51,476 bases of DNA from Candidatus Binatia bacterium (GTDB taxonomy: Bacteria; Chloroflexota; Limnocylindria; QHBO01): assembly GCA_035512895.1 (NCBI GenBank), contig DATKDB010000123.1, positions 1-51,476 on the forward strand. The letters are read 5' to 3'. Shown here piece by piece: positions 28,671 to 39,024 of the stretch (within the stretch, counting starts at the first letter, position 1; each line of letters opens with the position of its first letter). The translations under genes were made by a program, and so were the position numbers. The notes under the pieces were generated by a model. That model did not search any database. It was not told the origin of the DNA and worked only from the letters and a program-made list of their open reading frames with translations.

Positions 28671-29741
28671 TCAGGCCGGAGCCGCCTCGCGCTCGAGGGC
28701 GGGCAGGACCCGGTCGCGGATCAGGCGCAGCTGCGCGTGGGTGTCAATTGCGTTGTCGATGTCGATGCCGGTGAACGCCTTGACCAGGTATGGGTCAACC
28801 AGCGCGCCGATGACGTGGTTCACGCCGGTGGAGATGATGTCGCGCTGGAGCCGCTCGCTGACCTCCTCGGGGGTGCCGGCCACGGAGAACTTCTCCCCGA
28901 GCTCCGGTGTCGTGAGCTCGAGTGCCTTCGGGACGTCGCCGGCCGCGAAGGCATCGAAAATGGGCTTGAGGTCGGCGCCCGAGACGCCGTGCCGGTTGAG
29001 CTGTTGCTCGGGCATGGCGGACAGGTAGAAGGCGGCCATGATGCGTGCCGTCTCCCTGGCGGCGGCCCCGTCCTCCATGACGGCCATGACCAGCCAGGCG
29101 CCGATGTCCAGGTCCTCGAAATTGCGCCCGGCCTTCTCGGCGCCCCTGCGCGCGTGGTCGACCATGTACTCGTACGTCTCTCGCGACGTGCCGATCGCCT
29201 GGTGGACGCCGTCGAAGAGCTCGCCGCCGACCTCGAACGATCGTGGCCCGCCCATGGCGCCCAGCTTGATCGGCAGCTTCTCCTGGACCGGGCGCGCCAG
29301 CGTCCAGAGGCCGGTGTGGTTGAAGAACTCGCCGGAGTGGGTGACGGCGCCGGTGTCGAGGAAGGTACGCATCACCTCGCGCGCCTCGATGACGCGAGAC
29401 AGCGGCTTCATGCCGGTCGTATCGATGCCGTGCTGCGGGAGCATCGAGATGTTGCCGAAGCTGACGACGAGTTCGGCACGCCCGTTCGTCAGCTGGTCGA
29501 GGGTGGCCGCCATCTGGGCCACGTGGGCCGGATCGCGGAGGATGACGTGCGTGACGTTCGGCCCGAGCCGGATCTGGGTCGTCTTGTCCGCCGCCGCGGC
29601 GAACAGGAGCCACATGTCCTTCCACCACGTCTCGTCCACCGAGTACGCCGCGTAGAAGCCGCACTCGTCCGCGGTCTTGATGATCTCGATCGACTCTTCG
29701 ACCGGATACGCCGGGACATGGCAGTAGCTGAACTTCACCAT
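28671..29741 (-). CDS. LLM-class flavin/F420-dependent oxidoreductase
   Basis: 356 aa. ATG lies 6 nt after AGGAGG. Luciferase-like TIM-barrel pattern (FYAAYSVDETWWKD, LGPNVTHVILRDP, ATLDQLTNGRAELV.FG). Confidence 0.85.
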   Translation of the reverse strand: MVKFSYCHVPAYPVEESIEIIKTADECGFYAAYSVDETWWKDMWLLFAAAADKTTQIRLGPNVTHVILRDPAHVAQMAATLDQLTNGRAELVVSFGNISMLPQHGIDTTGMKPLSRVIEAREVMRTFLDTGAVTHSGEFFNHTGLWTLARPVQEKLPIKLGAMGGPRSFEVGGELFDGVHQAIGTSRETYEYMVDHARRGAEKAGRNFEDLDIGAWLVMAVMEDGAAARETARIMAAFYLSAMPEQQLNRHGVSGADLKPIFDAFAAGDVPKALELTTPELGEKFSVAGTPEEVSERLQRDIISTGVNHVIGALVDPYLVKAFTGIDIDNAIDTHAQLRLIRDRVLPALEREAAPA

Positions 29742-29925
29742 CGTGCGCCTCCTGAAGGAAACTCGGAACCCCCACGACGTGGCCAGGGCCTACCTCTGCG
29801 CACATATTGCCACCGCAGTCAACGGCCTCGGACTTCCCCGGCTGTCTTCCTCGGACCGATGCGACGCCCGTAGAGCTGCCAGGCCTCGTCGATCCCCCGT
29901 GTGCCGCCCGGAGGGCGCATCGGTC

Positions 29926-29931
29926 TAGAAT
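29926..29931 (+). promoter_or_regulatory. Candidate -10 element (TAGAAT) for the acyl-CoA dehydrogenase gene
   Basis: TAGAAT (TANNNT class) lies 31 nt upstream of the ATG at 29963, with GGAG between them. There is no convincing -35. Confidence 0.4.
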
Positions 29932-29962
29932 CAACCTTCCCGCCCGCCTCCACGGAGTACCG

Positions 29963-31159
29963 ATGATCGACTTCTCGTTGACCGATGCGCAGCGCGAGGT
30001 GCAGCGCACGGCGCGCGCCTTCGCGGAGCGCGAGATCCTCCCTCGCGTCCAGGAGCTGGATGCTACGGCGACCTACGACCGCTCGATCTACGAGAAGATG
30101 GGCGCTGCCGGTCTCCTCGGGCTGCCGATCCCCGAGCAGTACGGTGGCGCCGGCATGGACTACATCGCCTTCGCGCTGTTGTGCGAGGAGATGGAGCGCG
30201 CCGACACGGCGTTCCGGGTCATCCTCTCGGTCCACACCGGGCTGAACTCGCTCACCCTCCTGCAGTGGGGAACCGAGGAGCAGAAGCAGCGGTACCTCGT
30301 CCCGCAGGCGCGTGGTGAGAAGCTCGCGACGTTCGGCCTCACCGAGCCGGGCGTCGGCTCCGACGCAGCCAACCTTGTCACGACCGCGCGTCGCGACGGC
30401 GATCGGTACATCCTCAACGGCAGCAAGATCTGGATCAGCCTCGGCGACACGGCCGATCACGTTCTCGTCTTCGCGAACGTCGATCGGACGAAGGGGCACA
30501 GGGGGATCACCGCCTTTATCGTCGAGCGCTCGTTCCCCGGGTTCAGCAGCGAGTCGCTGCACGGAAAGCTCGGCGTGCGCGCCGGGAACACGGGCATCCT
30601 CACCTTCAGCGACTGCGAGGTGCCCGCGGCGAATCGCGTCGGCGAGGAGGGCGAGGGCTTCACGATCGCGATGAGCGCCATCGACCAGGGGCGCTACACG
30701 GTGGCGGCGGGCAGCGTCGGGCTGGCCCAGGCGTGCCTCGACGCATCGGTCAAGTACGCGCACGAGCGCCAGGCGTTCGGCTCCGAGATCGGGCAGCACC
30801 AGCTCGTGAAGCAGATGATCGCGAAGATGCATGCCGGGATCGAGGCCGGCCGGCTGCTCGTCTGGAAGGCCGGCTGGAAGAAGAACCGTGGCGAGCGGAA
30901 CACGCGCGAGACAGGCCTCGCGAAATGGTTCTGCACCGATCACGCCGTGGCCTCGGCGCTCGACGCGATCCAGGTCCATGGCGCCTACGGCTACTCGAAC
31001 GAGTACCCGGTCGAGCGCTACCTGCGCAATAGTAAGGGCTCGGTCATCTACGAGGGCACGAGCCAGATCCACACGCTCATGCAGGCCGACTACCTGCTCG
31101 GCTACCGGCGGGACAAGCCGCTGCGCATGCCGCAGCCGGCGTACGAGGGCGAGATGTAG
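29963..31159 (+). CDS. Acyl-CoA dehydrogenase
   Basis: ATG at 29963 lies 5 nt after GGAG. 398 aa. ACAD motifs FGLTEPGVGSDA, ILNGSKIWIS, GITAFIV, QAFG and YEGTSQI. Confidence 0.9.
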   Translation: MIDFSLTDAQREVQRTARAFAEREILPRVQELDATATYDRSIYEKMGAAGLLGLPIPEQYGGAGMDYIAFALLCEEMERADTAFRVILSVHTGLNSLTLLQWGTEEQKQRYLVPQARGEKLATFGLTEPGVGSDAANLVTTARRDGDRYILNGSKIWISLGDTADHVLVFANVDRTKGHRGITAFIVERSFPGFSSESLHGKLGVRAGNTGILTFSDCEVPAANRVGEEGEGFTIAMSAIDQGRYTVAAGSVGLAQACLDASVKYAHERQAFGSEIGQHQLVKQMIAKMHAGIEAGRLLVWKAGWKKNRGERNTRETGLAKWFCTDHAVASALDAIQVHGAYGYSNEYPVERYLRNSKGSVIYEGTSQIHTLMQADYLLGYRRDKPLRMPQPAYEGEM

Positions 31160-33478
31160 CTACTCCCCGGCCGGGCGCAGGAGCAGCCGCTCGACGGTTG
31201 CCGCGACGATCGCGTCGTGCGACCACGCGATCGGGACGCCCTCGCCGCGCTCCCAGAGGGCGAGCAGGTCGGCGTACCGCGGCGAGAGGGGATTGCCCGA
31301 CTGCCCGCCGGCGAGCACGTAGCGGCTCCGCTCCACGTCGCCGAGGTCGATGACGGTCCGCTGGTTCGCGATCGCCGCGGGATTGGCGGTCGGATCGAGC
31401 GGCCTGACGCCCGCCTGGGCCACCGTGTTCGCGTCGCCACCGAGCGGGTACGGCCCCAGGTTGAAGAGCCGGTCGAACGGCGCTCGCCCGCCGAGGGGAT
31501 GGAGCAGCCGGAGGGGCCTGAGCCTGCCCCACGCCCAGCCGGTTGGATCGGCGCCGGCCGCCGCCCGTAGCGTCTCGACGGCCGAGCCCAGGGCGGCGCC
31601 GATCTCCGCGGCATGGTCGCCGGCGCGCAGTGTCGCGACCAGCTGGCTCAGCGATCGGGCCCCGAACGAGGTTCGTGGCGTCGCCTCGCCGGACCCGGCC
31701 CCGAGGGACCAGCGCCACGACGTCGGCGCGCCGCGCCGGGCCAGCGCGTTCGCCAGCTCGGCGACGAACAGCTCGTAGACGGATGCGGCCGCCGAGCCGG
31801 CCGCGACGAGGCCGTCCCACGCCTCGAGCAGCTCGCGCGCCGTTCGAGCGCGGTCGTCGGCGACCGGTGCCGCGAGGACGATCTCGCGCAGGTCGCGCCA
31901 CGGGACCGAGCGCACGTCCGTCTGCAGCTCCGCCGACGTCGCGACGTCCCAGTCGTCGCGGGCGGCCAGCGCCTCCACGAGGCGCGCGGCGCGGTAGCCG
32001 TCGAGCCAGTCGACGCCGAGGAACGGTGCCGCCTCGGTGTCGGCGCGCGGGGCGTTGTTCGCGCTGACGACGAAGCCGGCGTCCGGATCCACGCACCACG
32101 GCAGGTCGTCGAAGGGCAGGTGATCGGTCTCCCATCCCGCCGACCAGGCGGGCGTCGGGAGTGTGCCGTTGCCCGTGCGCCGGCGCGGCAGCGTGCCGAC
32201 GAGCTGCCAGCCGATCTGCCCGCCGGCGCTGGCAACGACGACGTTCAGGGCCGGACCCGGCCAGGCACGAAAGCCATCGCGGACGTCGCCGATCTCGCGG
32301 GCGTGGTGGATGCCGAAGAAGCCGCGGACGGGCGCCGGCTCGAGCCAGGTGGCTCGCAGCGAGAGCGCAGCCGAGATGCCGTCGAGGAGCGGCGTGATGA
32401 CCGGGCCGCGTGCCGTGACGAGCACCTCCTCGACGACCGGCTCGCCACCCCGGACCGCGATCTCCTCGCGGATGCGCTCCACGGGCTCGGGGCCGTCGGG
32501 CCCCCGTGCCATCCCGGAATCGGGATCGATCTCCTCCCAGAACAGGTCGGCGGCGTCGCTGCAGCCTGCGGTGATCCCCCAGGCGAGATGACCGTTGTGC
32601 CCGGTCGGGAAGGCCGGTCCACCGATGAACGAGGCGCCGCCGACCGCCCAATCGGGTGTTTTCAGGTGAGCGAGGTACCAGGGCCCAGGCACGGACGGCG
32701 CGAGGTGCGGGTCGTTGGCCAGGATCGGCGCGCCGCGGGCGGTGCGAGACCCGGCCACGGCCCACGCGTTCGACGCCCCACCGCCGCCGACGAGCTCGCG
32801 CAGCAGGTCGAGGTCCGCGGCCAGCCGCCCGATCGCGGGCCCCGCCGCGGCGCCGACGGGCGTGACCGCCGGCAGCCACGCGCCGTACGTCGGGTCGACG
32901 GCGCGGAGCGCGTCCGGCCCGTCGGCGAGGAGGATCTGGAGGCGCGCGAGCTCCGTGTCCCAGTTGCCGGCCAGCACGAGCGACTGGAGGCCCCGGAAGG
33001 CGAGCACGTCGTGCGCCGTCCACGCCGAGCGCGAAGCGCGCAGCAGGGCGAGCTCGTGTGGCCGCGGCGTGGCGTCTGCCGCGGCGTTGACGCCAGCGAC
33101 GTACGCGGTGATGCCGCCCCTCACGTCCGGATCGAGGAGCGGCAGCTGTGCGATCGCCAGGCGTTGGAGCCCCAGCGTGCGGGACAGGCGGTCGATCGGT
33201 ACGGCGCCGGGACCCACCAGCTCCGAGAGCGTTCCGCGCCCGGCGCGCACGAGGAGCTCGAGCTGACAGCCGCGGTCCTGGCCGTGGCAGAAGCCGAGCG
33301 CGTACCAGGCGTCGGCGTCGGTCACCGCGTCGATGTGCGGGATGCCCCAGCGGTCGCGGCTGATGAGCACCTGCGCGCTCAATCCGGACACGCGGATGAC
33401 GCCGCGCGTCCGCGGCAGTCGCCGGCCGAGGACGCGGAGGAGCCAGCGCAGGCCGGGGCGGGAGGGCATCGGCGGCAT
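31160..33478 (-). CDS. Penicillin acylase family protein (Ntn hydrolase; possible acyl-homoserine-lactone or beta-lactam acylase)
   Basis: 772 aa. RD.WGIPHI near the N-terminus. Autoprocessing/nucleophile context GGGASNAWAVAG...G.PILANDPHL. The alternative same-strand frame 31077..33731 is Arg/Pro-rich junk. Confidence 0.85.
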   Translation of the reverse strand: MPPMPSRPGLRWLLRVLGRRLPRTRGVIRVSGLSAQVLISRDRWGIPHIDAVTDADAWYALGFCHGQDRGCQLELLVRAGRGTLSELVGPGAVPIDRLSRTLGLQRLAIAQLPLLDPDVRGGITAYVAGVNAAADATPRPHELALLRASRSAWTAHDVLAFRGLQSLVLAGNWDTELARLQILLADGPDALRAVDPTYGAWLPAVTPVGAAAGPAIGRLAADLDLLRELVGGGGASNAWAVAGSRTARGAPILANDPHLAPSVPGPWYLAHLKTPDWAVGGASFIGGPAFPTGHNGHLAWGITAGCSDAADLFWEEIDPDSGMARGPDGPEPVERIREEIAVRGGEPVVEEVLVTARGPVITPLLDGISAALSLRATWLEPAPVRGFFGIHHAREIGDVRDGFRAWPGPALNVVVASAGGQIGWQLVGTLPRRRTGNGTLPTPAWSAGWETDHLPFDDLPWCVDPDAGFVVSANNAPRADTEAAPFLGVDWLDGYRAARLVEALAARDDWDVATSAELQTDVRSVPWRDLREIVLAAPVADDRARTARELLEAWDGLVAAGSAAASVYELFVAELANALARRGAPTSWRWSLGAGSGEATPRTSFGARSLSQLVATLRAGDHAAEIGAALGSAVETLRAAAGADPTGWAWGRLRPLRLLHPLGGRAPFDRLFNLGPYPLGGDANTVAQAGVRPLDPTANPAAIANQRTVIDLGDVERSRYVLAGGQSGNPLSPRYADLLALWERGEGVPIAWSHDAIVAATVERLLLRPAGE

Positions 33479-33488
33479 GATGCCACCG

Positions 33489-33494
33489 TATACT
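33489..33494 (+). promoter_or_regulatory. -10 element TATACT placed for a leaderless transcript of the 33502 gene
   Basis: TATACT ends 7 nt before the GTG at 33502. There is no SD. The whole divergent gap to the acylase start is only 23 nt. Confidence 0.45.
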
Positions 33495-33501
33495 CGGCCG
33501 C

Positions 33502-34047
33502 GTGAGTCGCACCTTCGAGCTGATGGCCGGCCTGCTGCTGCTCGTCGTCGGCGTCGTCGTCCTCGCGAGCGAGCCGCTGCTCGGCTTCGTCCGCGGCCTC
33601 GGGGTCGGCGACGAGGTTCTGCGCTGGTGGCCGCTGCTCATCATGGGCCTCTCGCTCTTCTTCCTCGTCCCGGCGCTGCTCGGCGGGCCGAACCGACGCC
33701 TCCGCGCGGGGATGGTCATCCCCGGCGCCATCCTCGCCGGGATGGGCGCGGCGCTGCTCTACACGAGCCTCACCGACCGCTGGGGCGCGTGGGCCTACCT
33801 GTGGAGCGTCCTGCCGTTCAGCTTCGGGCTCGGCATGTACGCCGCAGGGTGGATCGCCGACGCACCGGCCTTCAAGTGGATCGGCTCCGCGATCGCCGCC
33901 GGCGGCGTCATCGCCTACCTCGTCTTCGCCACCGCCTTCGGCGGCGAGGCATTCCGGCTCATCGCCGCGATCGGCATCCTCGCCCTCGGCCTCGCGCTCA
34001 CGATCGGCGGCCTGGCCGAGCGGCTGAGCCGCAAGTCAGCGACCTAG
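33502..34047 (+). CDS. Hypothetical polytopic membrane protein
   Basis: 181 aa with a GTG start and 5-6 predicted TM helices. High GC3. Confidence 0.65.
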   Translation: MSRTFELMAGLLLLVVGVVVLASEPLLGFVRGLGVGDEVLRWWPLLIMGLSLFFLVPALLGGPNRRLRAGMVIPGAILAGMGAALLYTSLTDRWGAWAYLWSVLPFSFGLGMYAAGWIADAPAFKWIGSAIAAGGVIAYLVFATAFGGEAFRLIAAIGILALGLALTIGGLAERLSRKSAT

Positions 34048-36018
34048 GTGCTTTTCGAACCAGGCCAGCGTGCGCTCGAGACGGTCGATCCGGCGGTCCG
34101 GCCGGCCGTAGCTCTTCATCTCGTGGTGCTCGTCCGGGTACAGGATGTACTCGACCTCGCGGCCCAGGACCTTGAGCGCGGTGAAGAGCTGCTCGTTATC
34201 GGCCGGCGGGCAGATGCGATCCTCCTCGGCCTGGAGCATCAGCAGCGGCGTGGTGACGTGCCGCGCATTGCGCAGCGGCGAGGAGCTCCACAGCTGTTGC
34301 ATCCCCTCGTCCGAGAGGGGTTCGCCCAGCCCGGCACGCCGGTTGTAGTGCACCCCGAAGTAGGAGTTGGCCCAGGCGCTGGCCTGGTTGGCCACGCCGT
34401 TCTCGGACGCGGCCGCGGCGAAGCGATCGTCAACTCCGATCAGCCACTGCGTGAGGAAGCCACCGTAGGAGAGGCCCATGACCACGAGCCGCCTGCGGTC
34501 CGCCAGGCCGCGCTCAACCAGCGCGTCGACCGCGGCGAGGGCGTCGGCGGCGTCGACGCTGCCCCAGGAGGCTGAGAGCGCCTGCACCCAGGGCCCGCCG
34601 AAGGTCGTCGACCCCCGGATGTTCGGCATCAGCACGCGGTAGCCGGCGGCGCACATCGCCATGGCGTCGAGCGTGCCGCCTGGCGCCCACGCGCCGGTCG
34701 GGCCGCCGTGGACGTGGAGGACGGTCGGCAGGCGACGGCGTCCCGCGTCGGGCGGTGACGCGAGCCAGGCGTGGATCGGTCCGCCAGGACCCTCCAGCTC
34801 CAGCTCGTCCAGGCTCACGGCCGGGAAGCGCCTCTGCCATGCGGAACCCTCGCGCGTGATCTGGCGCAGGCGGCCATTGTCCTCGACTGCAAAGGCCTCG
34901 CTCGAGGATCCGTTCATCGCCGCGCTGACGACGACGTGTCCCGCGGCCGCCTCGATGCCCGCCGCCGCGATGCGCAGCGCCGGATCCACGAGGGGCGCCG
35001 CGTCACCATCCAGGCTGAGCCGGTGTGGGATGTTGCGCCCGCGGTCGCCGACGATCACCGCCAGCGTGCCATTGTCCAGCCACGCTGGTCCCGGTGCCTC
35101 CTCCGCCAGCAGCAGGTCGCACCACGCCCACTCACCGATGGGTCGGTCGAGCGACCCGGTCAGGTTGCGCGGCGTCCCGGACGGGAGGCGCATAACCCAG
35201 GCCGCCGGCGGCACCTCGTCCGGTGGGTCCTCCACGTCGGTGCCGACGAAGGCCAGGTGCCGCCCGTCGGGCGAGAACGCCGGCCAATCCGCGTCGCCGG
35301 CGAGGCTCACCAGTTCGCGGATGCGCGGCCGAGCTGCTCGGGTGCCAATCGACCACAGCTGGAGTCGGGGGTAGATGGTGGAATCGGTCCCGCGATCGGC
35401 GGTAAACGCGATGCGGCTGCCGTCAGGTGACCAGGCGGGATGCAGGACGTCGAAGTCGCCACTGGTGAGCTGGCGCGGCCTGGCTCCCGGGCGGGGCGCC
35501 ACCAGCCACAGGTGCGCGCGGCGTACGACGTGGCCGGACTCGTCATCGCGGAAGTCGAGGCGGGTGATGCGGCGCGCGGTCGGCGTCCGGCCCTTGCGCT
35601 CCTCGCCGATGACGAAGCGATGGTCGCCGGCCTGCGCCACGAGCGCCAACTGCCGGCCGTCCGGGCTCCAGTGCACGCCCGCGACCCCGTGCTTGAGGCT
35701 CGTCAGCTGCCAGGCCTCGCCGCCGTCGAGCGGCAGGACCCAGACCTGGCCGACAGCCTCGGGGTCGCCGACCGGCGAGCGCACGAAGGCCAGCTGACGG
35801 CCGTCGGGCGATGGCGCCGGCGTGCCGTCCCGCACTCGACCGCGGGTCAACTGGCGTGCGCGGCCGCCGTCGAATGGGCGGCTCCACAGGTGCGAGACGT
35901 CGTCATTGCCGCGGACGCGGCGGAGGGCGTACACGATGGTCGTGCCGTCGGCCGACAGCCGGAACGAGGTGAGCGCCACCTGGGCGCGGATGAGGGCTCG
36001 GGGCGTGGCATCGGTCAT
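34036..36018 (-). CDS. S9 family serine peptidase (prolyl oligopeptidase / acylaminoacyl-peptidase type with beta-propeller)
   Basis: TolB-like propeller repeats (SPDG..LAF) followed by the catalytic domain with GLSYGGF, and Asp and His (YPDEHHE) contexts. I chose the ATG at 36018 because TATACT sits 7 nt upstream. The ORF extends to a GTG at 36081. Confidence 0.85.
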   Translation of the reverse strand: MTDATPRALIRAQVALTSFRLSADGTTIVYALRRVRGNDDVSHLWSRPFDGGRARQLTRGRVRDGTPAPSPDGRQLAFVRSPVGDPEAVGQVWVLPLDGGEAWQLTSLKHGVAGVHWSPDGRQLALVAQAGDHRFVIGEERKGRTPTARRITRLDFRDDESGHVVRRAHLWLVAPRPGARPRQLTSGDFDVLHPAWSPDGSRIAFTADRGTDSTIYPRLQLWSIGTRAARPRIRELVSLAGDADWPAFSPDGRHLAFVGTDVEDPPDEVPPAAWVMRLPSGTPRNLTGSLDRPIGEWAWCDLLLAEEAPGPAWLDNGTLAVIVGDRGRNIPHRLSLDGDAAPLVDPALRIAAAGIEAAAGHVVVSAAMNGSSSEAFAVEDNGRLRQITREGSAWQRRFPAVSLDELELEGPGGPIHAWLASPPDAGRRRLPTVLHVHGGPTGAWAPGGTLDAMAMCAAGYRVLMPNIRGSTTFGGPWVQALSASWGSVDAADALAAVDALVERGLADRRRLVVMGLSYGGFLTQWLIGVDDRFAAAASENGVANQASAWANSYFGVHYNRRAGLGEPLSDEGMQQLWSSSPLRNARHVTTPLLMLQAEEDRICPPADNEQLFTALKVLGREVEYILYPDEHHEMKSYGRPDRRIDRLERTLAWFEKHLGR

Positions 36019-36139
36019 GCGCCGGAGTATATGCACCGACTCTCCAGACGCCTGCCCGGTCGTCTTCGCACGGTGTCCCACCGTCGACCCGCCGCTCTTC
36101 GCGGTGGGGGTCGATCACCAGGCTGCCTGTCTCTTGGTG

Positions 36140-36672
36140 CTACCTCGCCCGGGTGAGCATGTCGGTGGCGAGGACCGCGATGGTGACCCCGGTCAACAAC
36201 GCCGGTACGAAGCGCACCAGGCGTGAGCGCAGGGCCGCCACGACTGCCGCGATGACCGAGGCCGCGGCCGCGCCGGCCAGCCCGGCCATCGCCGCCGCGA
36301 ACGCGTGGGCCAGGGTCGGCGAGGCAACGCCGAGCTGACGCTCCCCGGCCGTGACGACGCCGAGGATGATGACGGCGAGCATGCCGAAGAGGCCGGCGCC
36401 GAGGGTCGCGGTCCAGGCGCGAGCGACGGTCAGCTGCGTCGCGCCCGTCGCGGCGGCGCCGCACGCCAAAGATGCCGCCACGAGATACGTCGCCGGCAGG
36501 GCCTCAGCCCCGGCCGCGGGTGGGGCGACGACGAACCAGGCGAGGGCCGCCAGCGGCCCGGCGAGCATGCCGAGCGCGGCGACCCAGGTGAGCGGGCGCG
36601 TCCAGTCCTCCGGATCCTCGGGCGGGACGACGTCGCCCAGCCGGACGCTGATCGGGACGAGGTCGTCGCCGG

Positions 36673-36676
<4 letters not shown>
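36140..36676 (-). CDS. Hypothetical membrane protein
   Basis: GTG at 36676 forms a GTGA overlap with the upstream ligase stop. 178 aa with four Ala/Gly-rich TM helices. Confidence 0.6.
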
Positions 36677-37947
<1,271 letters not shown>

Positions 37948-37954
37948 GCTGCGG

Positions 37955-37960
37955 ATTCTA
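37955..37960 (-). promoter_or_regulatory. -10 element TAGAAT (minus strand) placed for a leaderless CysRS/MshC-like transcript
   Basis: Minus strand reads TAGAAT, then 7 nt, then the GTG start at 37947. No SD. A mirror-image TAGAAT on the plus strand lies at 38004-38009. Confidence 0.45.
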
Positions 37961-38064
37961 AAGCGGCCTTCGATTCCACGCGGATGGCTGGACGGGCGGT
38001 GGCTAGAATCGGGTCACGGCAAGCGCCCGTCGCTGGCCGATGCACATACGGGAGCCCGAGCCAA

Positions 38065-38169
38065 ATGGAAGTCCTGCGATGGCTGTTGTTCTTCGCGATC
38101 GCCATGTTCCTGGTCGTCGCGGCCATCTTCTTCGTCGCGGGCCGGCCGCTGCCGCTGCCGCGCTTCTAG
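38065..38169 (+). CDS. Candidate small hydrophobic protein (34 aa)
   Basis: ATG lies 10 nt after GGAG, with TAGAAT at 38004-38009 upstream. High GC3. Sequence MEVLRWLLFFAIAMFLVVAAIFFVAGRPLPLPRF forms a single TM helix. Confidence 0.35.
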   Translation: MEVLRWLLFFAIAMFLVVAAIFFVAGRPLPLPRF

Positions 38170-38173
38170 CGCG

Positions 38174-38623
38174 TCACCACAGTTCCGGCTTCGTGCTCAT
38201 CAGCAGGCCGATCACACCGATCACGCCCGCCATCGCGTACGCGACGTAGCGCTGCTGCCGCGCCCGGTGGCGCCAGGTGGCATCGTCGGTTCCCGAGCGG
38301 CTCAGCCCGACGAGCCGGCGCAGGTTCGGCCGGCTGATCACGGCGGCGACGACGAGGTTGACCGCGTAGAGCGTCAGTGCCACGAGCAGCCACGGTTGGG
38401 CGAGGAGCTCCGGCCCCAGGATGACGAGCATCGCGGAGCCGGTGAGCGCGAGCCCCGCGGCGATGACGAGCGTGCCGGTCCCCTGCATCGCCATGAGCGC
38501 CCGCGTCGGCGCACCGGGCTCGCCGACGGTCCGACGCAGGAAGAAGGGCAGCAGCATGCTCGGCAGCAGGAGCGCGACGGCGAGCGCGATGTGGACGACG
38601 AGGAGGATCGGGAACCAGCTCAT
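38174..38623 (-). CDS. Integral membrane protein (DUF2269-like)
   Basis: 149 aa with four TM helices. N-terminal MSWFPILLVVHIALAV pattern. Confidence 0.65.
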   Translation of the reverse strand: MSWFPILLVVHIALAVALLLPSMLLPFFLRRTVGEPGAPTRALMAMQGTGTLVIAAGLALTGSAMLVILGPELLAQPWLLVALTLYAVNLVVAAVISRPNLRRLVGLSRSGTDDATWRHRARQQRYVAYAMAGVIGVIGLLMSTKPELW

Positions 38624-38641
38624 GCTGGCCGATCCTACCGG

Positions 38642-38989
38642 CTACCGGCCCTTCGTGAACGCGGTGTGGACGCCCATTCGGCGCAGCGCGGTCGGGATGT
38701 TGACCGCCCAGCCGACGCCCAGCGGCCGGTCGGTGAACAACTTCGGCGAGCGTGGATTCCAGTACGCCTGCCGCAGGGACTCGATCGTGGGCATGCGGAA
38801 GTCGTAGGGCACGACGCCGAGCAGCCTGCCATGCCACGTGCGCTCCTCGGGTGGCTTGCGCAGCTCGACGTATACGGCACCCGCCACGGCGCCGATCATC
38901 GCCGCCTTGATGAGCCAGATGAGGTCGCCGAGCTCGCTGCGGGCCGTGTCGGCGCGCTGCGCAAGGTTGTCGCGTACGTTGTCGATCAT
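38642..38989 (-). CDS. Small membrane-associated protein (possibly DUF5808-like)
   Basis: Trimmed to the ATG at 38989, directly after a strong AAGGAGG. 115 aa with one TM helix. The C-terminal PLGVGWAVN motif resembles DUF5808, an assignment I hold only tentatively. Confidence 0.6.
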   Translation of the reverse strand: MIDNVRDNLAQRADTARSELGDLIWLIKAAMIGAVAGAVYVELRKPPEERTWHGRLLGVVPYDFRMPTIESLRQAYWNPRSPKLFTDRPLGVGWAVNIPTALRRMGVHTAFTKGR

Positions 38990-39024
38990 GGGTCCTCCTT
39001 GGACGGGCCTGCATCGCAAGCGGT

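Noticed and set aside
31077-33731. 884-aa minus-strand ORF in an alternative frame of the penicillin-acylase locus
   Set aside because: All acylase motifs (WGIPHI, SNAWAV, ANDPHL) are in frame 31160..33478. The alternative frame is Arg/Pro-rich junk.
37961-37980. T-loop-like TTCGATTCC sequence suggesting a tRNA or tRNA-like element
   Set aside because: No acceptor, D or anticodon arms can be drawn around it on either strand. The flanking inverted repeat is better explained as two divergent TAGAAT -10 boxes.
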